From an uncultured Candidatus Saccharibacteria bacterium (GTDB taxonomy: Bacteria; Patescibacteriota; Minisyncoccia; Phycocordibacterales; XYD1-FULL-46-19): a stretch of DNA of 64,000 nt. Position 1 is the first letter of the stretch. Each line of letters begins with the position of its first letter. Location: the NCBI GenBank assembly GCA_964510655.1, contig CAZEAY010000003.1:18924-82923 (forward strand), written 5' to 3'. The position numbers and the translations under genes were made by a program. Of this stretch, positions 1 through 8,751 are shown one piece after another. Below the pieces are notes generated by a model that ran no database searches, was not told the origin of the DNA, and saw nothing but the letters and a program-made list of their open reading frames with translations.

Positions 1-332
1 TACCTCCACTAAAAATACTCTTAGGTCTTATCCTGACCCTAACGATTCTTATTTACGGACTCTATGAAGTCCATAATCTAATTTTTGGACCAACTTTAGT
101 CGTGAGCTCACCAACAGACGGACAAACTCTAAAAGATCCCTTAGTGGAAATTAAGGGCTCAACAAAACGAATTGCTAAGATTTTTATTAACGGCCGACAA
201 GTTTTTACCCGCAACGATGGCACATTTGATGAACCATTGCTCCTGGGGTATGGCTATAATATAATTGAAATTAAAGTGCAGGATCAATTTGGACGACAAA
301 TTACCAAAACACTCCATTTAGTGCTTAATTAA
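1..332 (+). CDS. hypothetical membrane-anchored protein, 5'-truncated at window edge
   Basis: Frame is open from nt 3 to the stop at 330-332. The N-terminal part is hydrophobic ([16 protein letters not shown]). No family recognised. Confidence 0.35.
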   Translation, partial: PPLKILLGLILTLTILIYGLYEVHNLIFGPTLVVSSPTDGQTLKDPLVEIKGSTKRIAKIFINGRQVFTRNDGTFDEPLLLGYGYNIIEIKVQDQFGRQITKTLHLVLN

Positions 333-349
333 CAGTTAGAATATATTTT

Positions 350-1372
350 ATGTTAAAGAAACCCAAAAAGGAAAAGGAGGAAAAAGCCACAGGTAGTGGC
401 ATAGAAGATACTATCAAAGCTCTCCAGAGCCGTTTTGGGGATGAGGCAATAATGAAATTGGGAGATAAACCTAAGGTTGGAGTAAACGCCATTCCAACCA
501 GCTCTCTTGGTTTAGACATGGCCTTAGGAGTAGGTGGACTCCCCCGCGGACGAATAATTGAAATTTATGGACCAGAATCGTCCGGCAAAACAACTTTAGC
601 CTTACATGTTATTGCTGAGGCTCAGAAAAAAGGCGGGATCTGTGCTTTTATTGACGCTGAACATGCCTTGGATCCTGAATATTCCAAGAGACTGGGAGTA
701 AAAGTAGATGAATTATTAATTTCCCAGCCAGACTACGGAGAACAGGCTTTGGAAATTTCTGAAAGTTTGGTTCGTTCAGGCAAGGTAGATGTTGTAGTCA
801 TCGACTCGGTAGCTGCCCTTACTCCAAAAGATGAAATTGAGGGCGACGTTGGCGACTATCACGTTGGCAAACAAGCTCGCCTAATGTCTCAAGCCTTAAG
901 AAAAATGACTGGAATTGTTGATAAATCCAAAACTCTGGTAATCTTTATTAACCAACTTCGGATGCAAATTGGGGTAATGTTTGGTAATCCCGAGACCACC
1001 CCAGGAGGAAAAGCTCTTAAGTTTTACGCCTCGGTCCGATTAGACGTTCGCCGTATCGCCCAGATTAAAAAAGGCGAAGAAGTGGTTGGAGGACGGGTTC
1101 GGGTAAAGATCGCTAAAAATAAAGTAGCAGCCCCTTTTAAAACAGCTGAGTTTGATATTCTTTATAACGAAGGTATCTCCCCTGAAGGTGAAATAGTGGC
1201 TCTGGGTGAGAAATACAATATTATCCAAAAATCTGGTTCAAGCTATGCCTACGGTGATACAAAACTGGGACGTGGCTATGATGCCACCAGGACTTATCTA
1301 AAAGAAAACCCTAAGGTTCAAGCGGAGATCGTTAAGCAAGTCAAAGCCAAAATGGCCGAAGAGCAAGTCTAA
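350..1372 (+). CDS. recA: recombinase RecA
   Basis: 340 aa with Walker [13 protein letters not shown] and the RecA core blocks ([40 protein letters not shown]). No SD upstream. Confidence 0.95.
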   Translation: MLKKPKKEKEEKATGSGIEDTIKALQSRFGDEAIMKLGDKPKVGVNAIPTSSLGLDMALGVGGLPRGRIIEIYGPESSGKTTLALHVIAEAQKKGGICAFIDAEHALDPEYSKRLGVKVDELLISQPDYGEQALEISESLVRSGKVDVVVIDSVAALTPKDEIEGDVGDYHVGKQARLMSQALRKMTGIVDKSKTLVIFINQLRMQIGVMFGNPETTPGGKALKFYASVRLDVRRIAQIKKGEEVVGGRVRVKIAKNKVAAPFKTAEFDILYNEGISPEGEIVALGEKYNIIQKSGSSYAYGDTKLGRGYDATRTYLKENPKVQAEIVKQVKAKMAEEQV

Positions 1373-1388
1373 ATTTTTAACAAAAAAA

Positions 1389-1413
1389 GGGCCGACGTCT
1401 GGCGTCAGGCCCC
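1389..1413. terminator. bidirectional rho-independent terminator between recA and the GC-rich small gene
   Basis: GGGCCGACG..CGTCAGGCCC stem, preceded by AAAAAAA on plus, which is a T7 run on the minus strand. Confidence 0.6.
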
Positions 1414-1430
1414 AAATTCACCGTGATGGT

Positions 1431-1661
1431 TTATTGAAAGTGGCAATTGCCACGAAGAGCTACCATGGGGCCACCACCCAAGATGGGCACCCCATCAGGC
1501 TGATGATTCAGCCTTTCGAGACTCTCCTCTCCCCGAGTGTCAAGACATTGAGGCAAAGAGAGTTCGATCTGGCGGGATAAAGACGGCGTACCATAGCCGT
1601 CTGTCATGCGGGACCCAATAGCTCTTACCACTGGAGTCCTTTTGAAAGCGTCCGGCTGCAT
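1431..1661 (-). CDS. GC-rich small protein P1 (76 aa), hypothetical; paralog of 16394..16579
   Basis: ATG at 1659-1661 is preceded by GGAGG (1670-1674) with an 8-nt spacer. The ORF runs to just before the terminator hairpin. This ~320-nt stretch is visibly GC-rich against AT-rich flanks. Its protein tail (LSLPQ...PDGVPILGGGPMVAL) resembles the tail of the 16394..16579 product. Confidence 0.5.
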   Translation of the reverse strand: MQPDAFKRTPVVRAIGSRMTDGYGTPSLSRQIELSLPQCLDTRGEESLERLNHQPDGVPILGGGPMVALRGNCHFQ

Positions 1662-1858
1662 AACAACATCCTCCATCTCCAACGTGAATATGAGAGTTTG
1701 AGGATAACTCTCATAAGACAATACCACACAATAAAATTGTACACAAATAAAAAACTTGAAATTCCAGTCCGATTGGGTTAGACTTGTGGGGTCCTTTAGA
1801 AATAATAAAAATGGAGTTTGTATCGACACGATACAAATCACCGCGATTTAAATATATC

Positions 1859-2425
1859 ATGCTTGAATACAACGAGATAAAACCAAGAAAATGTATCATT
1901 ATGGAGGGTCAACCCTATGAAGTAGTAACCTCTCATGTCTTTCGCAAACAACAGCGTAAACCCGTTAATGCTACTAAGTTAAAAAATTTGATCACTGGCA
2001 AAGTGATGGAATATTCTTTCCACCAAAGTGAGAAAGCGGAAGAAGCAGAATTAGACAGTCGAAAAATAAAATATTTATATGAAAATCGTGGCGAACTATG
2101 GTTTTCAGAAGAAAAAGACCCTAGCAAACGGTTCAAAATGACCCACGAAGAAGTCGGCGAAGATATTAAATTCGTCAAACAAAACAGTTTAGTGGAATTG
2201 GTCTCATTCCGAGATAAAATTATGGGTATCCGCGTCCCCATTAAGGTTGAGCTAAAGGTAACAGAGGCCGCCGCCGCCGTAAAAGGAAACACTATTCAAG
2301 GTGGGACAAAACAAGTAACCTTGGAAACTGGAACCACCCTGAATGTTCCGATGTTTGTTAATGAAGGAGATGTTATTTCGGTCAACACCGAAACCGGAGA
2401 ATACGTAGAGCGGGTAAATAAATAG
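1859..2425 (+). CDS. efp: translation elongation factor P
   Basis: MLEYNEIKPRKCIIMEGQPYEVV...LITGKV... aligns to the EF-P N-terminus (..DGEPYEVV..) and has the three-domain length. I chose the internal ATG at 1859 by alignment to EF-P. Confidence 0.85.
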   Translation: MLEYNEIKPRKCIIMEGQPYEVVTSHVFRKQQRKPVNATKLKNLITGKVMEYSFHQSEKAEEAELDSRKIKYLYENRGELWFSEEKDPSKRFKMTHEEVGEDIKFVKQNSLVELVSFRDKIMGIRVPIKVELKVTEAAAAVKGNTIQGGTKQVTLETGTTLNVPMFVNEGDVISVNTETGEYVERVNK

Positions 2426-2443
2426 AAAATTTATTAATAAAAT

Positions 2444-2468
2444 ACCGGGTCATCCCGGTTTTTTATTT
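2444..2468 (+). terminator. efp terminator
   Basis: ACCGGG-tcat-CCCGGT hairpin followed by TTTTTTATTTT. Confidence 0.55.
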
Positions 2469-2666
2469 TCTAAAAAATAAAAAAAGACTAACAATTAGAA
2501 AAATGACTCCAACTAATATTATTGGCTGCAATTGAGAAAAACTGGAGACATTGCTAGAGTCAAGGTGAAAATTTCTTAAAACATAGACACTCAAAAAAAG
2601 AAGCATCGATAACAAGAAAAAAACGATGGAGATAATCTTAATAAGCATGGGATTATTATATACCAA
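2463..2666 (-). CDS. possible small membrane protein (67 aa); doubtful
   Basis: Hydrophobic ORF with a TTG start directly abutting the rpsR terminator. No SD. It could be an artefact of AT-rich sequence. Confidence 0.2.
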   Translation of the reverse strand: MVYNNPMLIKIISIVFFLLSMLLFLSVYVLRNFHLDSSNVSSFSQLQPIILVGVIFLIVSLFLFFRK

Positions 2667-2669
2667 AAG

Positions 2670-2698
2670 AAAAACCGCAACTAGTTGCGGTTTTTCAT
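2670..2698. terminator. bidirectional terminator downstream of rpsR
   Basis: AACCGCAACTAGTTGCGGTT palindrome flanked by A-run and T-run. Confidence 0.55.
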
Positions 2699-2699
2699 T

Positions 2700-2912
2700 C
2701 TAGCTAATGATGAAAGGCATCAGGGCCATAAAGCGAGAACGCTTGATGGCAGTAGCCAGCTTACGTTGGTGCTTAGCACACACAGAACTTCGGCGATGAT
2801 TGACGATGCGGCCGTGAGAGTCGATGAATTGTTTTAAGACATCTACTTCCTTGTAGTCAATTTCCTTAATTCCATTGGTACAGAAATGGCATTGTTTTTT
2901 TGGTGAATTCAT
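2700..2912 (-). CDS. rpsR: 30S ribosomal protein S18
   Basis: CHFCTNGIKEIDYKEV...AKHQRKLATAIKRSRFMALMP matches the S18 signature. Confidence 0.9.
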   Translation of the reverse strand: MNSPKKQCHFCTNGIKEIDYKEVDVLKQFIDSHGRIVNHRRSSVCAKHQRKLATAIKRSRFMALMPFIIS

Positions 2913-3005
2913 ATAATAAACTTAGTGGTTAAATAATTATTTCGTTAAAAAACCATTGGCTCTTTTGTCTTGTAAAAGATTTAACGAAACTTTCCAGATG
3001 ATAAT

Positions 3006-3473
3006 CTAAAAAGGAATATCGTCTGGATTAATATCCTCTTCTGGGTACTGGATAGTATCCAGAGGTGGAGCCGGTTGCTCATCACGTTCCGAGGCCTTAG
3101 CGTTGCCCGCTGGAGTAAATGGGGTATTACCTCCCCCCTCACCATCGCGCTTAGGACCGAACTGGACAGTATCAGCGACAACCTCAGTCCGATACTTCTT
3201 TTGGCCATCGGCTGTATCCCAACTGCGGGTCTGCATCCGACCTTCAACGAAGGCGCTGGACCCCTTTTTCAAATACTGGGCAACATTGCGGGCCATTGGA
3301 CCGAAGACAACAATATTGTGATATTGAGTATCTTCCTGCCTTTGACCATCTTTGTTTTTCCAGATATTAGTCGTCGCAAGACTAAAGCTAGTAACAGGCA
3401 CCCCCGACGGTAAGGATTTAAGCTCAGGATCCCGAGTGAGGTTCCCATAGATGAATGCCTTGTTTAAGTACAT
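3006..3473 (-). CDS. ssb: single-stranded DNA-binding protein
   Basis: OB-fold N-terminus (IYGNLTRDPEL), Gly-rich linker and acidic C-terminal DDIPF tail. Confidence 0.9.
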   Translation of the reverse strand: MYLNKAFIYGNLTRDPELKSLPSGVPVTSFSLATTNIWKNKDGQRQEDTQYHNIVVFGPMARNVAQYLKKGSSAFVEGRMQTRSWDTADGQKKYRTEVVADTVQFGPKRDGEGGGNTPFTPAGNAKASERDEQPAPPLDTIQYPEEDINPDDIPF

Positions 3474-3515
3474 ATATTTAGTTCTTAAAAACCTAGTTAC
3501 TAATTTATCCTCCTA

Positions 3516-4010
3516 CTAGCCTTGAGTTTCGAGAAGACCTTCAATCTCTTTATCGATTTCCTCGTTAGTCATCTCCTCCCCTTTTTCTACCACCTCCTCT
3601 TTCGACACCTCAGAATTAGCTCGCTTAGAAACTACTCCGCGAGGAATAATTACTCGCTCTGAATTCTTAGGAATCGCAACAATCAAAAACCTAACGACAT
3701 TGTTGTCTTTTTCTAAAACCTCCTTAATGGTCCGGATTTTCTCCGGGGAGATTTGAAATTTGACGGCACCGAAGTAAGCTTCTCTTACGGTGCTTTTTTT
3801 ATTACTAATAAATTTTGAAACAGGATAAGCCAAAGATCGCATTTTAGGGGCGGTTTTGACAATTATCAAACCACCTAAATCGTCGATCAAGGTCTTATAC
3901 ATAGCCTCTACCGTCTCTTCAACCTTTTCAGCTTGAAGAAATGGGGTCAGAAGGTAACCTATCTCGTAGGTCTTGGCTTCCTTCACTTCAGTTTCTGTTA
4001 CATTTTCCAC
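3516..4010 (-). CDS. rpsF: 30S ribosomal protein S6 with acidic C-terminal extension
   Basis: S6-like N-terminus (YEIGYLL..) in the conserved rpsF-ssb-rpsR order. GTG start. Confidence 0.8.
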   Translation of the reverse strand: MENVTETEVKEAKTYEIGYLLTPFLQAEKVEETVEAMYKTLIDDLGGLIIVKTAPKMRSLAYPVSKFISNKKSTVREAYFGAVKFQISPEKIRTIKEVLEKDNNVVRFLIVAIPKNSERVIIPRGVVSKRANSEVSKEEVVEKGEEMTNEEIDKEIEGLLETQG

Positions 4011-4026
4011 GTGGTTATCTTAACAG

Positions 4027-4061
4027 GACTAACGCCAAAAGTCAAAACCATAAATTTTGAC
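4027..4061. promoter_or_regulatory. 14-bp perfect stem-loop between tatD stop and rpsF start
   Basis: GCCAAAAGTCAAAA-ccataaa-TTTTGACTTTTGGC. It could be a tatD terminator and/or an rpsF leader structure. Confidence 0.4.
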
Positions 4062-4091
4062 TTTTGGCAATTGCTAATTGGAGACCAAAAA

Positions 4092-4904
4092 TTAGACAGA
4101 AAACAGCCTTCGGGCATTTTTAATGATTATTTCCCCTATCTCTAACTCAGGAACATTTCGGAGTTCAGCCATCTTTTTAACCACTAGAGAAACATACAGG
4201 GGTTCACAACGCTTACCTCGATAAGGGACGGGGGCGACATAAGGAGCATCGGTTTCGGCTAAAAGACGGTTTAGGGGCATCTTTTGGATAACCTCATCGT
4301 AATCACGAGCAAAAGTAATAACTCCAGTAAATGAAAGATAAAAACCAAGTTCCAGACATTTTTGAGCGATAATCCAATCGCCAGCAAAAAAATGAAAATC
4401 TCCTCGAAGTTTGTCGCCCCACTCTTTTTTATATTCACCCAAAATTAAAGTAGCATCTTCATAAGCGTCCTGACTTCCCTTGCTTGGACGACAGTGGATC
4501 ATCAATGGTTTATTAAGGGCGAGGGCCAGATCAATATGTTTACGGAAAATTATTTTTTGTTGCTCTCTGACATCCTCCGAAATTTCTTCATCTCCATGAG
4601 AATAGTATTCCAATCCACATTCACCAATCGCTATCACCTTAAGATCTTCTGCCAAAGAACACATTTCTTCCCAATCAGTATCAGAAACAGACCCTGAATC
4701 AGTGGGATGGCATCCGACCGTCGCCCACGCACCAACCTCTCTTTGTTGGGCAATTTTGACAGCCACCCTAGACGTAACCAAATCAACTCCAACATTAGTT
4801 AGCCAGCATCCACCAGTCAACGTTCGAGATAAAACTTCTTCTTTATCTAAATCAAACTCTGGGACATTTAAATGACAATGAATATCAAAAAATTTTGGCT
4901 CCAT
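4092..4904 (-). CDS. tatD: TatD-family metal-dependent DNase/hydrolase
   Basis: FDIHCHL, IGECGLEY, HCR, LETDAPY motifs of the TatD/YcfH family. Confidence 0.85.
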   Translation of the reverse strand: MEPKFFDIHCHLNVPEFDLDKEEVLSRTLTGGCWLTNVGVDLVTSRVAVKIAQQREVGAWATVGCHPTDSGSVSDTDWEEMCSLAEDLKVIAIGECGLEYYSHGDEEISEDVREQQKIIFRKHIDLALALNKPLMIHCRPSKGSQDAYEDATLILGEYKKEWGDKLRGDFHFFAGDWIIAQKCLELGFYLSFTGVITFARDYDEVIQKMPLNRLLAETDAPYVAPVPYRGKRCEPLYVSLVVKKMAELRNVPELEIGEIIIKNARRLFSV

Positions 4905-4908
4905 GACT

Positions 4909-6363
4909 TTAGTCTTTGCGCATAAAAAGAGGAGCTGACAACTCTTTCATTTTAATTGCCTCCTGAATCTTTTTAGCCGTAACTGGCATAATGGGTTCCA
5001 AAGCCACAGCAATTCTCCAAAGAGACCCCACTAAATAAGCAACATGTATGCGTGCCTCTTCGGGTTTGTCTTTGTAAAGTTTAAACGGTTGAGTATTTTG
5101 GATGTATAAATCAGCTTCCCCGATTTGTTTCCAAATAAAATCAGCGGCTTTACTTATTTCATAATTATTTAAATTTTCACAATATTCTTGATAAAAATCA
5201 TCAGCCAGCCACTCACGAGACGATTTTAACTCACTGGTAGGTTCTGCAACTTCATAACTCTGATACATTTTTATAATCCGACTAGTCAAATTCCCTAACC
5301 CATTTGCCAGATTAGCATTATAAGATTCCTTAAATTTATCCTCAGTAAAATCACCGTCTTCAAAAGGAGTGATTTCGCGAGCCAAATAATAGCGCAAAGC
5401 TTCCGCCCCATAGTCCTTGACGACCGCGAGCGGATCCACAACATTACCAAGGCTTTTAGACATCTTCTGCCCACCAGAAGTAATAAAACCATGGATAATA
5501 ATTTGTTTAGAGGGTTCTAAGCCAGCTGACAATAACATGGCCTGCCACATCGCTGACTGCTGCCTCAGATTATCTTTACCAGCAAACTGAATTCCCGGCC
5601 ACCACTTACTAAAATTAGACTCATTTTCTGGCCAACCAAGAGCCGAGATATAATTTACCAAAGCATCAAACCAGACGTACATCACCTGCTCACTATCGCC
5701 AGGAACCTCTATCCCCCAAGGCATCTTACTCTTCAAACGAGAAATGCTAAAATCTTGTAGACCGCCAGCTACGAAATTTTTAATTTCATTCAGACGACCA
5801 GCCGGTAAAACAAAAGCTGGGGTTTCATACAAATTCAAAAGGGCTTGTTGGTATTTAGAGAAACGAAAAAAATAATTTTCTTCATCAATCATTTCAATCT
5901 CCATATTAGGATGAAGTGGACATCTGCCATCAGCTAATTCTGAATCGGTTTTTTCGAGTTCACAACCAGCACAATATTTTACCTTATAAGCCTTTTTGTA
6001 GATATCGCCAGACGCTAAACAGCGTGCCCAAAATTCCTGGGCCGCCTTTTTATGATGCTCATCGGTTGTCCGAATAAAATTAAAATTCGGATTGTCGACA
6101 TCAACAGCCAAAACACCAGCCAGCTCTTTGAATTTAGCCGAGTACTCATCAACATAAGTTTGAACTTCTATCCCCCGGCTTTCGGCAATACGTAAAATCT
6201 TAACCCCATGTTCATCAGTACCGGTGTTAAAAAAAACTTCTTGTCCCAAGAGTCTTCGATATCGAGCGATAATATCGGCCTGAATGATCTCTAAAGCAAA
6301 ACCGATATGAGGATCGGCATTTACGTAAGGTAACGTCGTCGTGAAGTAAAATTGATCAGCCAT
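4909..6363 (-). CDS. metG: methionyl-tRNA synthetase
   Basis: PYVNADPHIGFA (HIGH) and KMSKSLGN motifs. Start taken at MADQF (ATG 6361-6363), just after the stop of the upstream gene. Confidence 0.9.
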   Translation of the reverse strand: MADQFYFTTTLPYVNADPHIGFALEIIQADIIARYRRLLGQEVFFNTGTDEHGVKILRIAESRGIEVQTYVDEYSAKFKELAGVLAVDVDNPNFNFIRTTDEHHKKAAQEFWARCLASGDIYKKAYKVKYCAGCELEKTDSELADGRCPLHPNMEIEMIDEENYFFRFSKYQQALLNLYETPAFVLPAGRLNEIKNFVAGGLQDFSISRLKSKMPWGIEVPGDSEQVMYVWFDALVNYISALGWPENESNFSKWWPGIQFAGKDNLRQQSAMWQAMLLSAGLEPSKQIIIHGFITSGGQKMSKSLGNVVDPLAVVKDYGAEALRYYLAREITPFEDGDFTEDKFKESYNANLANGLGNLTSRIIKMYQSYEVAEPTSELKSSREWLADDFYQEYCENLNNYEISKAADFIWKQIGEADLYIQNTQPFKLYKDKPEEARIHVAYLVGSLWRIAVALEPIMPVTAKKIQEAIKMKELSAPLFMRKD

Positions 6364-6364
6364 A

Positions 6365-7423
6365 TTATTTACTTTTAGCGCGAATAGAAATTTTATGTTT
6401 CTCCATATCATCAGCCAATTCCATAATAACCGTCGCTAGTGGCACCGCCACCACCATTCCCAAAAAACCATAAAGTTCGGCCCCGGCCAAAAAAGACAGG
6501 ATAACAATCAATGGCGGAACTCCAATTACTTTTTTGGATACAAGTGGATAAATAACATGACTCTCCAGCTGTTGGATAACAATATAAAAAGCTAGGACAA
6601 TTAGACCCAGACCAGTACTTGTCGAAAAACCCAACAATACTCCCGGTACAGCAAAAAGGATTGGACCGAAGAATGGAATAATTTCAAAGACAGCTGACAT
6701 CAAACCTAAAGTGAGCGCAAATTTGACTCCTAGAATAGATAGGCCAAGCCAAACAGTCAGACCAACCAGTACCCCCAAAAGAACCTGCCCCTGAAACCAC
6801 AGACCAATTTTATTCTCAGTTCGATTCCATAAATTTAATAAATAGTCTTCATATTTCAAAGGGGTAACAATTCTTAAGAAATTCTCAATACCCTTCTCTT
6901 GGACAGCTAAATAGAAAGAAATGACTAAAATTAAAACGAAACTAAAAACGCCTCCAAAAATCACACTAGCGGTACTAAAAAGACTATCCGATAGTTGTAA
7001 AATAAATTTCTGGGCTTGAACAATGAGATCGCTAAGGGAAAAACTAGTCGCTAATCCGCCAGTAATAGAGGACAGTGGGTCAACCGTAGTACTAACCTGA
7101 GTAATGGCATTTAAACGCGCCGGCAAACCATTGGCTAGATCAGTAAGGTCGTTAAAAAGCGGGGGGAGAAGAAAAGAGAAACCAACAAAGATAACAGCAA
7201 AAAAACCAACATACAAAAGGAGAACAGCCCAAATTCGAGAGATCCGATATTTAGCCAAGAATTTCACCCCCTGTCCAACCGCCGTAGCAATAATTACTGC
7301 CACTAAAACAATCAGGATTAAACTTTGAAGTTTGTAGGCGGCCACCAAAACCAAGCCAATAATAATGGCTTTAATAATTGTGCCGGTGGTAATATTTACC
7401 GCTAAAGTCTTAGTGTTATCCAT
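6365..7423 (-). CDS. AI-2E family transporter (PerM/UPF0118)
   Basis: Eight-TM topology with the conserved LNL..R and VLLG... blocks typical of AI-2E/YhhT. Confidence 0.75.
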   Translation of the reverse strand: MDNTKTLAVNITTGTIIKAIIIGLVLVAAYKLQSLILIVLVAVIIATAVGQGVKFLAKYRISRIWAVLLLYVGFFAVIFVGFSFLLPPLFNDLTDLANGLPARLNAITQVSTTVDPLSSITGGLATSFSLSDLIVQAQKFILQLSDSLFSTASVIFGGVFSFVLILVISFYLAVQEKGIENFLRIVTPLKYEDYLLNLWNRTENKIGLWFQGQVLLGVLVGLTVWLGLSILGVKFALTLGLMSAVFEIIPFFGPILFAVPGVLLGFSTSTGLGLIVLAFYIVIQQLESHVIYPLVSKKVIGVPPLIVILSFLAGAELYGFLGMVVAVPLATVIMELADDMEKHKISIRAKSK

Positions 7424-7455
7424 AAAATAGATTAATTTTCCTTATCTAAATACTA

Positions 7456-8721
7456 CTACAGAGTCAAAATATCCACAAACTCTTGTTGATTATCATGAGG
7501 ACCTAAAATAACCAAGTTTATCCCTTTGGTCACAAATATTTTTTGCGCTAAAGTCTTAACATCTTGAGCTGTCACGGCTTTTATTTTTTTGCCAAGATCT
7601 TCAGGAGATAAGATTGTCTCTCCCCTAATTTCTTGAATACCATAAAAGGCAGCTAAATCTGATGGAGTTTCTAGGTTTAAATAAGTTGTCCCAATAAGAC
7701 TGTCTTTAACTCTAGCCAGCTCTTTTTCTGGAACCAATTCCCGCGTTAGTAAAATTATCTCATTAAGAATTGCCTTAAGGACTTCTTTCAATCTCAAACT
7801 TTGAACACCTCCAGAAATACTTAAATAACCATAGTCAGCAAAACTGGTTTGATAGGCGTTAATTGAGTAGGCCGCCCCCATCTCTTCTCGAACCTTTTGA
7901 AACAGACGAGAACTCATTGTTCCACCCAAAATTCCAGCTAATACTTCCGCGGTATAGTAATCGGGGTGACAAGAGCCAAAAGTTTTAAATCCTAAGACAA
8001 TGTTCGTCTGGGCTCCAAGTCGTTTTTTCAAAGAAAGCCTTGGGCCATTAGAAAGATTTTCTGTTTTTTCTACAGAAATGACCTCACCTTTTGCCACTGA
8101 GGAAAAATATTTTTCAATAATGTTCGGCAAATAATCTTGATCAAAATTACCCGCCACAACCACTAAAGTATTTTTTGCGTGATGGAACCTTTTTTGATAG
8201 TCTAAAAAAGCAGAACGATTTATTTTTTTTAAAGTAGACTCTGTTCCTAGAGTATTCCAACCATAAGGAGTATCTCCATACAGAAGCTCCACAAATAAGT
8301 CTTGGGCAACTCGACTAGGGTTATCAGCCGAACGATTTATTTCTTCTTCAATAACTCCACGCTCCTTTTCTATTTCGGACTCACTAAAAGAGGGGTTCAA
8401 ATACATGTCCGCCAAGATATCAAGAGCAGGCTCCAATTTGTCTGGCAAACAACTAACGTAATAGCCAGTATATTCCCGCCCAGTAAAAGCATTGTACTCC
8501 GCCCCCAAAGCATCCAACTCTGCCGACAAATCAATGGCCCGAGGACGTTTTGTCGTCCCCTTAAAACACATGTGCTCCATAAAATGAGAGATGCCATTAA
8601 GCTCTTTTGTTTCGTAATTTGAGCCAACCCCCACCAAGACTAACAAATTTACCGATAAACTATCGGGTCGAGGAACCATTATGAGCCGTAGATCATTATC
8701 TAAAGTAATTTTTTTGTACAT
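7456..8721 (-). CDS. M16 family zinc peptidase (insulinase-like)
   Basis: Inverted zinc motif HFMEHMCFKGT (HxxEH) near the N-terminus. Confidence 0.8.
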   Translation of the reverse strand: MYKKITLDNDLRLIMVPRPDSLSVNLLVLVGVGSNYETKELNGISHFMEHMCFKGTTKRPRAIDLSAELDALGAEYNAFTGREYTGYYVSCLPDKLEPALDILADMYLNPSFSESEIEKERGVIEEEINRSADNPSRVAQDLFVELLYGDTPYGWNTLGTESTLKKINRSAFLDYQKRFHHAKNTLVVVAGNFDQDYLPNIIEKYFSSVAKGEVISVEKTENLSNGPRLSLKKRLGAQTNIVLGFKTFGSCHPDYYTAEVLAGILGGTMSSRLFQKVREEMGAAYSINAYQTSFADYGYLSISGGVQSLRLKEVLKAILNEIILLTRELVPEKELARVKDSLIGTTYLNLETPSDLAAFYGIQEIRGETILSPEDLGKKIKAVTAQDVKTLAQKIFVTKGINLVILGPHDNQQEFVDILTL

Positions 8722-8751
8722 CAGTCAAAAACTAAAAAACGGAAATAAATT

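Noticed and set aside
1400-1720. GC-rich island between recA and efp as a structured RNA (RNase P RNA, tmRNA, 6S or SRP considered)
   Set aside because: None of the hallmark motifs could be found: no RNase P P4 / GGAAAGUCCGGGC, no tmRNA tag frame or tRNA-like end, no SRP domain IV. A GGAGG + 8 nt + ATG ORF fills it exactly, with a paralog elsewhere. The RNA alternative remains a low-probability fallback.
1431-1841. 136-aa version of the minus-strand ORF
   Set aside because: The N-terminal 60 codons are AT-rich, hydrophobic junk antisense to the efp upstream region. The SD-preceded internal ATG at 1659-1661 is the plausible start.
2463-2666. Small hydrophobic ORF between efp and rpsR as a confident gene
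   Set aside because: TTG start directly against a terminator and no SD or promoter. Kept only as a low-confidence feature.
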